Below are positions 1-10,169 of a stretch of DNA of 64,000 nt, piece after piece. Every line of letters starts with the position of its first letter. The first letter of the stretch is position 1. Location: contig CAVYTM010000003.1 in the NCBI GenBank assembly GCA_963771555.1, positions 51,410-115,409 on the forward strand. The letters run 5' to 3'. Below the pieces are notes generated by a model. That model ran no database searches. It was not told the DNA's origin and saw only the letters and a program-made list of their open reading frames with translations. The DNA comes from an uncultured Thermoplasmata archaeon. Its GTDB lineage: Archaea; Thermoplasmatota; Thermoplasmata; Lutacidiplasmatales; UBA184. The position numbers were made by a program, and so were the translations under genes.

Positions 1-928
1 GACGCCGGCCCGTCACTTCCAAGAAGACCGTCTCGAGGCTCGGTTTCTCGACGCTGATGCGTCGGATTTGGTCGGTCTTGAGGATGGCGAAGAGGCGTGG
101 CAGGAACTCCTCCGAGTTGGCGACCCGAATGATCCAGTCGTTCCCCTGCGCCCGCACTTCCTGGACTCCGGCCAACGCGGAGATCGCGACCGGGTCGACT
201 CCCTCGGAGGTCTCGAGCTGGACGATGTCGGCCTTAACGCGGCCCTTGAGCTCGGACGGAGTCCCCTCGGCCAGGATCCGACCCTGGTCGATGATCGCGA
301 TCCGGTCGCAGAGCGCGTCGGCCTCTTCGATGTAATGAGTGGTGAGCAGCACGGTGACGCCAAATTCCTTGTGGACACCGGTCACGATGTCCCAGAGCAT
401 CCGGCGAGTGCTGACGTCGAGCCCGATCGTCGGCTCGTCCATGAAGATCACGAGCGGCTGGTGCAGGAGGGCGAGGGCGATCTCGAGCTTCTTCCGCATC
501 CCCGTGGAGAAATGGCTGACCTTCTCGTCGGCGCGGTCGCTCAAGGAGAAGAACTTGAGCAGGTCCTCCGCGCGGGCCTCCCAGTTCTTCAGGCTCTGCA
601 GCTTCGCCTGGAGCCAAAGGTTCTCGCGCGCGGTGAAGTCGTCGTCCAGGATCACCTCCGCAGCGACCCAACCGATCCGCGCGCGCACGTCCATGGATTC
701 TCTCCGAACGTCGAACCCCGCGACGCTCGCGTCTCCCTCGGTGATGTCCGTGATCCCCGTGAGGACCTTGATGAGGGTCGTCTTTCCTGCCCCGTTGGGC
801 CCGAGGAGTCCGAACACGGTCCCCGAGGGGATCGAGAGAGTGACGTGGTCGAGCGCACGCACGAGGCGGTCGCCCGAACCGTAGTGCTTTGAGAGGTTCT
901 TCACGATGATCGCGTTGTCACTACTCAT
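1..928 (-). CDS. ABC transporter ATP-binding protein (DrrA/multidrug type), runs off left edge
   Basis: Manual translation from ATG at 928: MSSDNAIIVKNLSKHYG...GLLGPNGAGKTT (Walker A), later FSTGMRKK and IFMDEPT; absent from the ORF track because no stop lies in the window. Confidence 0.9.
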   Translation of the reverse strand, partial: MSSDNAIIVKNLSKHYGSGDRLVRALDHVTLSIPSGTVFGLLGPNGAGKTTLIKVLTGITDITEGDASVAGFDVRRESMDVRARIGWVAAEVILDDDFTARENLWLQAKLQSLKNWEARAEDLLKFFSLSDRADEKVSHFSTGMRKKLEIALALLHQPLVIFMDEPTIGLDVSTRRMLWDIVTGVHKEFGVTVLLTTHYIEEADALCDRIAIIDQGRILAEGTPSELKGRVKADIVQLETSEGVDPVAISALAGVQEVRAQGNDWIIRVANSEEFLPRLFAILKTDQIRRISVEKPSLETVFLEVTGRR

Positions 929-1474
929 CCACCCCTCCCTCGGCGGCGGCCGACGGTTCCCCCCGCGTCCGGTCGCGATTTCAGTCGTTTCAGAGCCATC
1001 GCCAATTCGTCGGCGGCGGCCGCTCGCACCGAGCGCGTCCCCGACCGTGCGTCGGGCTGACGGCCCAGGAAGTCGTCGAGCAGCTCCAGCTGACGATGCA
1101 GCCGGCGAAGCAGGTGGTCTCCGGGGTCGGAAGCCCCGGCGATCTCGGCCCAGAGCAACGAGAGGTCCGGGGCGCCGGGGCCGGGTCCGGCCATCCGAGC
1201 CCGGATCCGCCGCAGGACCCGTCCGCCCGTGGGGAGTGATCGAATACACCCTACGGACCCCATCCTTTCGTGTCCGAGCCACTCCCCGACGGACCAGCGA
1301 TTGGAGGGCGGGATAGACCGCTCCGGCGCCCGGCCGCCAGGCCCCCTCCGTTCGCTCCGCGATACGGTCGGCGAGCGCGTATCCGTAGACGGTTCCCTCG
1401 CGCTCCATCGTGGCCAGGGCGTAAAGCCCCAGCACTCGGCCGGGCATCGGTCGCTTGGGGGGAGCGGTGGGCAT
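925..1474 (-). CDS. PadR-family transcriptional regulator (apparent frameshift ~1225)
   Basis: From ATG 1474: ...VYGYALADRIAERTEGAWRPGAGAVYPALQSL...RRVYSITP (PadR wHTH motif), continuing in the frame of the 925..2229 ORF tail; overlaps the ABC gene start. Confidence 0.8.
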
Positions 1475-1629
1475 AGTGTCGGTTTCTGAATCGATTTCGA
1501 TATAAATCGTTCTCGCCCCCTCGGCCCCCGGGAACGAGCGGACGGGGTCGAGACCTCCGGGAAACGAGCGATTCCGCCGCCGGTGTCTCCCGGCAGGGTT
1601 CGGGGCGCAGGTACGCGACCCATCAAGCT

Positions 1630-2031
1630 ATGGTACGGTTTCCCGATGGACGACGTGTGTCCGAGCCCGCGCCCGCCCTCCGACCGTTGACCCGAGCCGA
1701 GCAGCGGGTGATCCTCCACAAGGGCACCGAGCCACCCTTCTCGGGGGAGTACGAACGCACGACCGAACCCGGGACGTACGAATGCAAGCAATGCGGGGCA
1801 CCCCTCTATCGGTCGGACGACAAGTTCGACGCTCGTTGCGGCTGGCCGGCGTTTGACCAGGAGATTCCGGGAGCCGTCCGTCGACTCCCCGACGCGGACG
1901 GCCAGCGCGTAGAGATCCAATGTGCTCGCTGCGGGGGCCATTTGGGCCACGTCTTCGAGGGGGAGCGATTGACGCCTCGGAACACGCGGCATTGCGTGAA
2001 CTCGATCTCCCTCCGATTTCAGCCGAAGTGA
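1630..2031 (+). CDS. msrB: Peptide methionine-R-sulfoxide reductase
   Basis: [36 protein letters not shown] motifs; true start may be a few codons downstream. Confidence 0.95.
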   Translation: MVRFPDGRRVSEPAPALRPLTRAEQRVILHKGTEPPFSGEYERTTEPGTYECKQCGAPLYRSDDKFDARCGWPAFDQEIPGAVRRLPDADGQRVEIQCARCGGHLGHVFEGERLTPRNTRHCVNSISLRFQPK

Positions 2032-2287
2032 GACGGGTTTTCCCACTATTCGAAATTGCGGCGGGTCGTGGGGAGTTTTCATCGCCCTCTCGAATCGCCG
2101 CAGCCCGGAACTGAGACTTGCCGTATCGGCCCCGAGGTAGTGGGTCGTTTGGTCCGGAGACTCGTGTCGTACTGGAGCGCGGGCACCAAGAGCTCGCAGG
2201 CGAAAAGGGACTCCCGCCGACCACCTCAAGGGTCCGTCAACCGAACATTACCTCAGGTCTAAACCCCGAAGGCTCGCTACGCTTCCG

Positions 2288-3886
2288 ATGATTCCTCGCC
2301 AGAGCGGTTCGAAGAGCCTCGCCGCAAGCAGCCAGCTGATCCTGGTGGCCGTCGTGTCGCTGTTGGTGCTCACCCCGTTAGGAGCGGCCGCGGCGACTTC
2401 CCGGGCCCCTCTCGCGACGGTGCTCTCGGACGATTTCACGCAGGACACATCTCTGAACTCCGCCCTTTGGCAGGTGAACGGGTCCGTCGGTGTGGCGTTC
2501 GCGATAGACAACTGCCCCGCGTGCGCCAACATCACTCTCCAACCTAGCTTTTCCAGTACAACGGGCATGGAGATCGCTCAGGCTGATGCGATCTCGGTGG
2601 TGGGAACGATCCAAAGCGTTTCGTCGTTCGCTCCGCCGTTCACCGTGACCGCCGTCGTCACGGCGACCGTCGCGAACGGGCACCAATTCGTGTTCGGCAT
2701 CACCTCTGCGAACACCGGCTCCGGAGTCCAGATCACCGGCAACCTCAATCCCCGTGATTGCAGCAACGAGACCAATTGCGGGAACCAGGCTACCTGCGGC
2801 AATCCCGCCAATCCTTCGGTTGGGCCGAACCAATGCTTCTACGGCGTCTATGCCCGGGCTGCGACCGGCGGCAAGGCCTGGCCGAGGGTGACCCCGTTCC
2901 TGTACCCATCGCCCAGCTTGAACGTGGTCTATACACTCGAGATCGCGGTCGATAGCTCGGGAAACGCGCAGTACAGCATCAGCGCCGGTAGTCAGGTTCT
3001 GGGACAGGCCAGCGATCAGGTTGGAACCGGGCCATTCTACATCATCATCGGTCAGTCGGAGGGAGTGCCGGTCCTTGGACCCGGACCGAACGTGGCGTAC
3101 TGGACGTCCGTTAGTCTGACCCCGACCGCGCCGAGCGGCGGTAGTTCTCCTTCCGGAGCTTCCAATTCCAGCTTCTCTTCACTTGAGTGGCTTCTCATCG
3201 CCGCGGTCGTAGCCGTAGCTCTGATCCTCCTCGCCGTCCTCCGGAACCGCCGGGGACGTGACCTGACCGTCACCGTACTGGACTCCGGTACGCTCTCGCC
3301 CGTCCCGGGAGCCGACGTTTCGGCCGACGGTCCGAAGATCTTCTCCGGCAGCACGGGAACGAACGGAAGGGTCGCCTTTGGCGGCGTGAAAGCCGGCGAT
3401 TACGCGGTTAAAGTCGGTGCCCCCGGATATGCCTCACCTCCCCCCGTAACGATTCCCGTGAAGGGGGCGGCGGTGTACACCGTGAGACTGAACTCGATCA
3501 CCCCGCGTGCCCCCGTAGCAGTGGTCTTTCCGACCCTTGTCGCGGGACCGACCCGCCCATTGGAGGAGCCTCCTCGGGGCCCGGTCCCGACCCTCCCGCC
3601 GACACCCGCCCCGGCGGTTGCACCGTCGGCGCCCCCACCTCCTCCTGCGGCCCCCCTGGCCCGCGGAGAGGAGGAGGGCTTTGGCGGAGCGAGGATCCGT
3701 GAAATCATCCAAACGTTCCGAGCGAAGGGGGCGCTGAGTCCGCAAACGGCCCTTTCAGCCCAAGAGCTCGGCTTGTCTCGAATCTTCGTGCGGATCATGA
3801 AACGGCGGAGAGGAAAGACCATGGTCTTCGTCGAGGTCGACGGGAAGTACTACCTCGACGAGCAGGCGCTGCGGGCGATGAGGTAG
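2288..3886 (+). CDS. Secreted single-pass membrane protein: extracellular beta-rich domain, TM, carboxypeptidase-regulatory-like domain, Pro-rich linker, C-terminal wHTH-like domain
   Basis: Signal peptide; TM WLLIAAVVAVALILLAVL followed by RNRRGR; LTVTVLD..PVPGADVS..TGTNGRVAF..GDYAVKV.APGY pattern; basic C-terminus. Confidence 0.7.
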   Translation: MIPRQSGSKSLAASSQLILVAVVSLLVLTPLGAAAATSRAPLATVLSDDFTQDTSLNSALWQVNGSVGVAFAIDNCPACANITLQPSFSSTTGMEIAQADAISVVGTIQSVSSFAPPFTVTAVVTATVANGHQFVFGITSANTGSGVQITGNLNPRDCSNETNCGNQATCGNPANPSVGPNQCFYGVYARAATGGKAWPRVTPFLYPSPSLNVVYTLEIAVDSSGNAQYSISAGSQVLGQASDQVGTGPFYIIIGQSEGVPVLGPGPNVAYWTSVSLTPTAPSGGSSPSGASNSSFSSLEWLLIAAVVAVALILLAVLRNRRGRDLTVTVLDSGTLSPVPGADVSADGPKIFSGSTGTNGRVAFGGVKAGDYAVKVGAPGYASPPPVTIPVKGAAVYTVRLNSITPRAPVAVVFPTLVAGPTRPLEEPPRGPVPTLPPTPAPAVAPSAPPPPPAAPLARGEEEGFGGARIREIIQTFRAKGALSPQTALSAQELGLSRIFVRIMKRRRGKTMVFVEVDGKYYLDEQALRAMR

Positions 3887-3963
3887 GTCGCGGTAGCTCG
3901 CACTCAGTGGCCCCCGGTCGGACCGATACCCCGATCAGCTCTCGCCGGTCGAAAACAAGGAAA

Positions 3964-3985
3964 CGCCCCGGGTTGCCCCGGGGCG
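3964..3985. terminator. GC hairpin between convergent transcription units
   Basis: CGCCCCGG-gttgcc-CCGGGGCG, followed on the minus strand by TTTCCTTGTTTT. Confidence 0.5.
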
Positions 3986-4140
3986 GATGGGGTTAGCTCA
4001 ACGGTTCAGGCGGTGAAGGAGAGAGGGAACCGCGTGCGTTCGGCGAGCCGAAGGGCGAGGTCGAAAAAGGGGGGGTCGACGATAGAATCGAACGGCCCCG
4101 GACCGATTTCGGGCTTTAGACGGGCCGGGCTCTGACGTAA

Positions 4141-4215
4141 CGGGCGCGGAGGGATTTGAACCCTCGACCGCCGGGTTAGGAACCCGGTGCCCTATCCAGA
4201 CTAGGCTACGCGCCC
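4141..4215 (-). tRNA. tRNA-Arg(CCT)
   Basis: Reverse complement GGGCGCGTAGCCTAGTCTGGATAGGGCACCGGGTTCCTAACCCGGCGGTCGAGGGTTCAAATCCCTCCGCGCCCG folds as a cloverleaf; anticodon CCT; T-loop GTTCAAATC; no encoded CCA, no intron. Confidence 0.96.
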
Positions 4216-4243
4216 TCAGAGCAGGTTTCCCGAAGAGAGGATA

Positions 4244-5272
4244 TCACGGCTTCGACGCCGTGACGGGCGACTCCGTCGCGAGCAATCGGTCGTATCGGTG
4301 GTCCACCTGGGCCACGAACCCGCGGGCAGACTCCTGGAGAATCTCGATCCCCTCGAGGTACTCCCGAAGCGTTGGAAGAACCGGTCGGCGGGTGCTGAGA
4401 GCGTCGGAAGGCGTCGGATTGGCGCCCCCGAGCGCGCTGAGCAGCCAGCGGTCGGTGCTCACGACGAAGAGGAAGGGAAAAACTCGGCATTCCCGGGTCA
4501 GCGTCGAAAAGAGGCTCTCCGGTCTCGCCCCGCTCTTCGGCGACCCCGAGATGAACACGACCTGGTCCGCTGTCTTTCCCCGGTGCTCGGGAACCCGGCC
4601 GGGGTCGAGCAATGTGCGATGCGTGACCCACCCCTTCGCGAGCATCTTTCGTTGGGAGAAGGGAAGGCCAAAGGGTCCCACGAGGTGTCCGCCCCGGCCC
4701 TGGTCGGTCGCGACGAAAGGCCGGCGGAGGAGCTCCCCGACGGCCCAGCGCTGATGCGCGCTCAGAGCGGGTTGCGGTTCGTCTTCGTCCCGGCCCGCGA
4801 GCGGGCCGCCGAGCCCGTGCGGATACGCGAGGGTTCCCTCCAAGCCCGCGAGGTGGCACCAGAGACCTTCAAAGTCGAAGTAGACAGGGACCGTCGGGGC
4901 GTCGGCGCGAACGGTGACCGACCACGGGGTGGCCGCCAGCCGACCCGAAGCGACCCGATCCAGGAGGCGCTTCGCTTCGCCGGGCTGGGCGTGAAAGGTC
5001 ACGGCGAGGGCCGTCTGGGGCCCCGACCAAAGGACCACGTTTCCCGGGTCCTCGGCGACCGCTCGGCCGAACTCCTCGACACGGTCCGCAAAGGGGCGGG
5101 CGACCAGGAACGTGACCCACGGACGACCGAGCGGGACCGGGTGTGGGATGTAGCGATCCCGGAGCCATCCCTCCTCGTACGCTCGGCGGCGCACCGCGTG
5201 ATACGTGGATCGGGGTACCGGAACTTGGCGGAGGCGTTCGCGCTCTCGGTCGGGACGGGCGGCTAGCAACAC
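4244..5272 (-). CDS. Hypothetical protein, possibly a tandem Lrp/AsnC-like regulator
   Basis: Frame stays open upstream (LRALTDAEARVIAVLL); RSTYHAVRRRAYEEGWLRDRYIPHPVPLG..VTFLV resembles an Lrp HTH and linker; a second similar module follows; start codon uncertain. Confidence 0.5.
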   Translation of the reverse strand: MLLAARPDRERERLRQVPVPRSTYHAVRRRAYEEGWLRDRYIPHPVPLGRPWVTFLVARPFADRVEEFGRAVAEDPGNVVLWSGPQTALAVTFHAQPGEAKRLLDRVASGRLAATPWSVTVRADAPTVPVYFDFEGLWCHLAGLEGTLAYPHGLGGPLAGRDEDEPQPALSAHQRWAVGELLRRPFVATDQGRGGHLVGPFGLPFSQRKMLAKGWVTHRTLLDPGRVPEHRGKTADQVVFISGSPKSGARPESLFSTLTRECRVFPFLFVVSTDRWLLSALGGANPTPSDALSTRRPVLPTLREYLEGIEILQESARGFVAQVDHRYDRLLATESPVTASKP

Positions 5273-5440
5273 CGCGATGACCCGTGCCTCCGCGTCCGTG
5301 AGTGCCCGCAGGACTACGACCCCCCGAAGCTGCTACGCCCTAGCACGGTGTCCAAGTCACGAGCCCCTCGCCGGAACGCCCGTTTAAAAGACGGTGCTTC
5401 ATGATTCTTCTCGTAGGAGCCACGGGGAGGGAGATCGAAC

Positions 5441-6889
5441 ATGTACGCACCGGTCAAGCGGCTTCCCGTCCTCGCTGTGACAGGTATGGCTGTGCTCATG
5501 GTATTTGTCCTCGTGGCTGTGTCGGTCGTGGCGGCCCCCACCCCGACGACGTCCACACCGGTGGGGTCGTGGTCCTACGGCGTGGTAAAGACCGTATCGG
5601 TCGCATCGCAGCACACCGCGGACGGCTGGGCGTACCAGGGGAACGCGACGTTCGGATACACGACGACGATCTACGAGAACAACACGTCGGCGACCACCTT
5701 CGAGGTGACGATCCTCCGGACGATGGGGGCCGCCTTCTCGGTCCAGTTCTGTTTCCCCAGCTGTTCTTCCCCGACCGAATGGTTCAACGAATCCTATCGA
5801 GCTTGGGAGGCCACGACCGCTTTCTCGAACTTCACGACCCAGGGAAGCGTGCTCGAAAGCGGGAGTTTGGTACCGGCGATCGGGATCCTGAATTCCACCG
5901 TGTTCCTTCACGCGAACCTCACCGAATCCTCCAACGTCTATTTGCCGCGGGCCGGACAGCTTGGCCCTCACACGGGTTATCTCGGGGCCACGATCGCGGG
6001 TGACTCCGTGGTGAACTTCTCGCCCGCGCTGGGACTCATCCCCACGGTTTTGACCCCGGGCAGTTCGTGGTCGTCGACGAGCAACTTCAACGAGTCGGGC
6101 GCCGCAGAGCGGTCGTTCTATTACGCGGCCCAGTCGCCGCTCAAGAACACGGTCGTCGGCCCTCTCTCCGACGCGGTTTCGTTCACCAACCACGGACCCA
6201 TCAGCATTCAGGGGTCCTATCCCGTCGACAGCGCGGTCCAGTTCGGCGGCGTCAACTATCCCGCGATCACGATCACCGTCGTCGGTCCGTTCAGCGTTCG
6301 GGAAGGGGTCATCTTCGTCCCGAGCTCGGCCGACCTGTTCGGCTCGTCCACCCAGCCGTGGGCCGGTGACGTGAACGGCACGGCGACGGCTCAGCCGTCC
6401 ACGCTCGACCTGAAGGCCTCGGAGGGCGACCACCTCGGACTGATCGCCTCGAGCTGGCGGTTCGACTCGGGTTCCGCGAACGCCGCCGACTCGGCCCAAG
6501 CGGTCTCCGGTACCTCCGGGTTGTCGATGGCGGTCGCTGCCAGCAACCCCGTTTCCACCGAAACCCTGCAGGGCGAGCCCGAGACAGCGGCTCAATCGGT
6601 GTCCTCTCAACAGTGTCTCACCAGCGGCAGTGGGTGTCCGAGCGCCGTCGGCGCCTCGTCGCCCCGATCGTGGCTCGGTGTGGTCGTCTTGGCCGGAGCC
6701 ATCGCCTCGGTCGCCGCTCTCCTCGCTCTCGGGGTCGTTTCCCGTCGCCGCCAGATCCCACCGCCGACCTATCCGAACGCTGTCCTCTACCCTCCGGGCG
6801 CCGCCAGCCCCCCGGCCCCGGTGGGAGCACCGGCCAAGCCCGGAACGCCGCCGCCCGCCGAAGACGACCCCCTCGACCACCTTTGGTGA
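5441..6889 (+). CDS. Secreted, C-terminally membrane-anchored Ser/Thr-rich protein
   Basis: Signal peptide, many N-x-S/T sequons, C-terminal TM then RRR and Pro-rich tail; TATA-like TTTAAAAG ~5383. Confidence 0.75.
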   Translation: MYAPVKRLPVLAVTGMAVLMVFVLVAVSVVAAPTPTTSTPVGSWSYGVVKTVSVASQHTADGWAYQGNATFGYTTTIYENNTSATTFEVTILRTMGAAFSVQFCFPSCSSPTEWFNESYRAWEATTAFSNFTTQGSVLESGSLVPAIGILNSTVFLHANLTESSNVYLPRAGQLGPHTGYLGATIAGDSVVNFSPALGLIPTVLTPGSSWSSTSNFNESGAAERSFYYAAQSPLKNTVVGPLSDAVSFTNHGPISIQGSYPVDSAVQFGGVNYPAITITVVGPFSVREGVIFVPSSADLFGSSTQPWAGDVNGTATAQPSTLDLKASEGDHLGLIASSWRFDSGSANAADSAQAVSGTSGLSMAVAASNPVSTETLQGEPETAAQSVSSQQCLTSGSGCPSAVGASSPRSWLGVVVLAGAIASVAALLALGVVSRRRQIPPPTYPNAVLYPPGAASPPAPVGAPAKPGTPPPAEDDPLDHLW

Positions 6890-6957
6890 ACGACCGACCC
6901 CCGACAAGAGGGGGTCCTTCGATCTCGCGGGGCCCGGGCAGTGCGGCAGGGGCGGGA

Positions 6958-8253
6958 CTATATCGACGAGGGCGAGCGTGGCGGCGGCGGCGCGCGCGTC
7001 GCGATCGGATACCGGAGCAGCGCGGCCACCCCGCGGAACGCCTTCGCGAGAAGCTCGCCCTCTTCGCTCTCGGTAGAGACGAGTCGGGCCGTTGCGCTGG
7101 ATTCGGCCGCCCGCCGGAAGAGGCCCTCCACGTAATCCTCGCTCGACACTTCGCTCACCGTGCGCTGAGCGCATTTCGGGCAGGGTCCGTCCAGCACCGC
7201 CTCGATCTCCTCGTCGTGTAGCGACCGGTCGAACTCGTGCCCGCACGCGGTGCAACGGAAGCGGACCCGTTGCTGACGGAGTCCCTCCGAGACGATCAGG
7301 ATGTCCACCGCGCCGAGGTCGAGGGCGTGGTTGACGTCCACCTCCCCATACGCGGCGAGCCCCGCTTCCGCCTTCCGGATTTCGTTCAGGAGCCGCTGGA
7401 TGAGCCGCTTCTCCTCGGTGAGCTCGAGCCCGTGGAGGGTGTGGGTCGCCTTCTCGACCAGCTCCCGGAGGCCGTACTCGTCCGTGTACCCCGTATCGAA
7501 GAGCGGTTGGACGACCTTCTGCTGGAGCTCGTATTGCAGATAGCCCTCTTTGAAGAAGTACTCCTTGGTCGCGCCCGGTCCGCCGAGGAGGATTCCCTTC
7601 AGCAGGTCCTTGCGAGGCAGGAACAGCTCGGCCGACATCTCGGCGATCTTCACGAAGAACTCGTGCGCGGCATGCTCGATCATGCGTTCGAAGCGGTGCT
7701 GGGACTGTCCGCCGCGCCCGTGCTTGCTCGGAACGAGCGACTGCCGGTTCCTCAGCGGCTCGACCCGCTTCCCCCGCAGGAGGCCGAGGGTCACCTCGGC
7801 GCGGTCCATCACGACGAGGCCCCAGACGTCGGGCTCGTGGACCATCGCGAGCAGCGGGTCGAGGAAGAAGGTGGAGTCGCAGCGGTAGAGGTAGGTGTTG
7901 AGGGGTTCGGGGGGCTCAACGATGAACGTGACCGGTTCGGACTTGTCGGAACCGACCGCCTTGTGCCCGACGAAGAAGGCGACGCCGTTCGACGGCGGCT
8001 CCTTGAAACCGCGGACCCGTCCCATGAGCGAGTCGATCGCCCACATGACGTTCTTGCGGGTCGTTCGACTCTTGATGTTGGAGCTTTGCGCGTATTCGTT
8101 CCGCAGGTAGGACATGACGTCCGAGATCTGCTTTCCGGGCGAGACGTAGAGACTGATCAGCTCCGTCGCGCGGCCCCGGCTCGCCCCGATCTCGTCCAGC
8201 TTCCGCTGGAACGAGTACCGGGCGAGCTGCAGGTCGGCGGAGGGTACGCTCAT
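6958..8253 (-). CDS. prf1: Peptide chain release factor aRF1
   Basis: TELISLY, NIKS, YRCDSTF, GRGGQS motifs; C-terminal Zn ribbon. Confidence 0.97.
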   Translation of the reverse strand: MSVPSADLQLARYSFQRKLDEIGASRGRATELISLYVSPGKQISDVMSYLRNEYAQSSNIKSRTTRKNVMWAIDSLMGRVRGFKEPPSNGVAFFVGHKAVGSDKSEPVTFIVEPPEPLNTYLYRCDSTFFLDPLLAMVHEPDVWGLVVMDRAEVTLGLLRGKRVEPLRNRQSLVPSKHGRGGQSQHRFERMIEHAAHEFFVKIAEMSAELFLPRKDLLKGILLGGPGATKEYFFKEGYLQYELQQKVVQPLFDTGYTDEYGLRELVEKATHTLHGLELTEEKRLIQRLLNEIRKAEAGLAAYGEVDVNHALDLGAVDILIVSEGLRQQRVRFRCTACGHEFDRSLHDEEIEAVLDGPCPKCAQRTVSEVSSEDYVEGLFRRAAESSATARLVSTESEEGELLAKAFRGVAALLRYPIATRAPPPPRSPSSI

Positions 8254-8354
8254 GCGGGCCCCCCTGTCGGAGGAGAACTAAACGGCTCCGGCGGGGGCGG
8301 AGGAACGAGATTCGACTCGGCCCGGGACGGCCACCCGTTCCTCGGGCTGCGGAG

Positions 8355-8672
8355 TCAGAGGAGGCGACGGATGTGTTCGTCGATGACTTCTTCGGGGTAG
8401 GCGCCCACGATCCGGTCGACGAGCTTTCCCTGCTTGTAGAAGAGCAGTGTTGGGATGCTCATGATGCCGAGCGCGCCCGCTTTCTCCCCGTTGTCATCGG
8501 AGTTCATCTTGGCGAACGCCACCTTGCCGTGGTACTTCTCGCTCAGCCGGTCGACGATGGGTGAGACCATGCGACACGGACCGCACCACGGAGCCCACAC
8601 ATCGACAACCGCGGCGGCATTGTCCTGCGCAAAACGGTCGAAATTGACGTCACCCACTTCCTGTACGCCCAT
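8355..8672 (-). CDS. trxA: Thioredoxin
   Basis: WAPWCGPC active site, SIPT. Confidence 0.96.
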   Translation of the reverse strand: MGVQEVGDVNFDRFAQDNAAAVVDVWAPWCGPCRMVSPIVDRLSEKYHGKVAFAKMNSDDNGEKAGALGIMSIPTLLFYKQGKLVDRIVGAYPEEVIDEHIRRLL

Positions 8673-8818
8673 CGAGCTGCCTCATCCCCATTCAGGTGTC
8701 GCGGCTATTAAATCGTTCTCTGGCGCCGGAGAAACCGGGGGGTGCGATCTTCCCTTAGGCACGCTCCCGGGCGCGAACCGGGCGAAGTGTCTTTGTAGCT
8801 CGCGAGCCATTATGGGTT

Positions 8819-9631
8819 GTGTCGTTTTCTTCGAGTGCCCGGCAGGGTCCGGGGCTTTCGACGAGCCTCGGCGCTCGATCCGGCGAATCGGTGCCCTACG
8901 TCGACCGAAACCGCTCGCGGCCGGCCGTGCTCACGCCCGCCGCGCGCAAAGGAATACGGCAGCGCATGCTCTTGTTTCGGCAAGCGTCCCTCGAGCGGAT
9001 CGGTCGCTTGACCGGTGCCACCCTGCCCGAGGTCTATCGGTTCCGCCGAGAACTGCGCGAGAGCGACCTTCCCGACACGCTGCTCGACCGGGGAGCCGGG
9101 GTCGCGTTCACCCGCGAGCTTCCGCAGGGCGCCCTGCTCTACCTCGTGGTGCGGGCGGCCCGTCCGGCCCGGGTGGTCGAGACCGGGGTCCGACCCGGTT
9201 ACTCTACGTTCTGGATCCTGGCCGCGCTCGAGGCGAACGGCGAAGGTGAGCTCACGTCCCTGGGTCCGGGACCGACTGCCGGTCGCGCTTCGGGCGTCCG
9301 GGAGGTCTCGGTGGGTCAGTTCGTCCCTCCCGCGCTCCGTCCTCGCTGGACCCTCGCGCTCGGCAACAGCGAGGAACGGCTTCGGGAGATCCTCGCGGGC
9401 TCGAACGGGGTGGACCTCTTCTTCTACGACAACGGACCCGTGGCGTCCCGCGCTCGGTTCGAGCTGCGGGCGGCGTGGGAGGCGTTGTCACCGCGCGGCA
9501 TTTTGCTCGCCCACCACACCGAAGCTAACTCCGCGTGGGCCGATTTCTGCCGGAACCAAGGGGTCGTTCCCCAGATGCTCGACTCCGGACCCCCGCCGAT
9601 GGGCGGCCTCGCGGTCCGAACGCCCCCGTGA
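8819..9631 (+). CDS. Class I SAM-dependent methyltransferase (Methyltransf_24-like)
   Basis: LYLVVRAARPARVVETGVRPGYST...VDLFFYD...LSPRGILL pattern. Confidence 0.7.
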   Translation: MSFSSSARQGPGLSTSLGARSGESVPYVDRNRSRPAVLTPAARKGIRQRMLLFRQASLERIGRLTGATLPEVYRFRRELRESDLPDTLLDRGAGVAFTRELPQGALLYLVVRAARPARVVETGVRPGYSTFWILAALEANGEGELTSLGPGPTAGRASGVREVSVGQFVPPALRPRWTLALGNSEERLREILAGSNGVDLFFYDNGPVASRARFELRAAWEALSPRGILLAHHTEANSAWADFCRNQGVVPQMLDSGPPPMGGLAVRTPP

Positions 9632-9641
9632 GCCCGTCGGC

Positions 9642-10169
9642 CTAACGCTCGAGCTCCTCGACCAGGTGGATCGCCGCGGGAACGATCAGCTTCTCGATCG
9701 CCGTCCGAACGGCTCGCTCGCTACCCGGGAGCGCGAAGACCGGCTTTCCGTGGATCACGAAGAGCGCGGCGCGGCTGATGATCGCGAGCGCTCCCACCTC
9801 CGCAAAACTGACGGAGCGGTAGATCTCGCCGAACCCTTCGAGCTTGCGACCTCCCATCACCTCGAGCGCGTTCACGGTGAGGTCGCGGGAGCTCACCCCC
9901 GTGCCACCCACCGTGACCGCGGCTTCCACGCCCACTTCCTTCAACCACGGCTCGAGGCAGTCCCGAACGTCGGCAACGGAGTTCGCGACCAGGGCGTAGT
10001 GGACCACCTTATGACCGGCCTTTTCGAGGAGCTCCCGGGCGAGATGCCCGGAGGGGTCGTCCTGCTCGGTATGGGTGTCGGAGACCGAGAGAACGGCCAC
10101 TCCGAGGGACCGGGTGCCGTGCAAATGGTGGCGGCTCGACGCTTCCGTGGGACTGTTTGCTTCCGTCAT
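9642..10169 (-). CDS. moaB: Molybdenum cofactor biosynthesis protein MoaB/MogA
   Basis: VSDT..DDPSG, GGTGVSSRDLT, FALPGS motifs; start at MTEANS. Confidence 0.9.
   Translation of the reverse strand: MTEANSPTEASSRHHLHGTRSLGVAVLSVSDTHTEQDDPSGHLARELLEKAGHKVVHYALVANSVADVRDCLEPWLKEVGVEAAVTVGGTGVSSRDLTVNALEVMGGRKLEGFGEIYRSVSFAEVGALAIISRAALFVIHGKPVFALPGSERAVRTAIEKLIVPAAIHLVEELER

Noticed and set aside
3987-4012. tRNA-like fragment GGGGTTAGCTCAACGGTT
   Set aside because: No anticodon or T arm follows, and it does not match the neighbouring tRNA-Arg.
1-4215. Integrated element at the 3' end of tRNA-Arg
   Set aside because: No duplicated tRNA 3' end (att site) and no integrase seen within the window.
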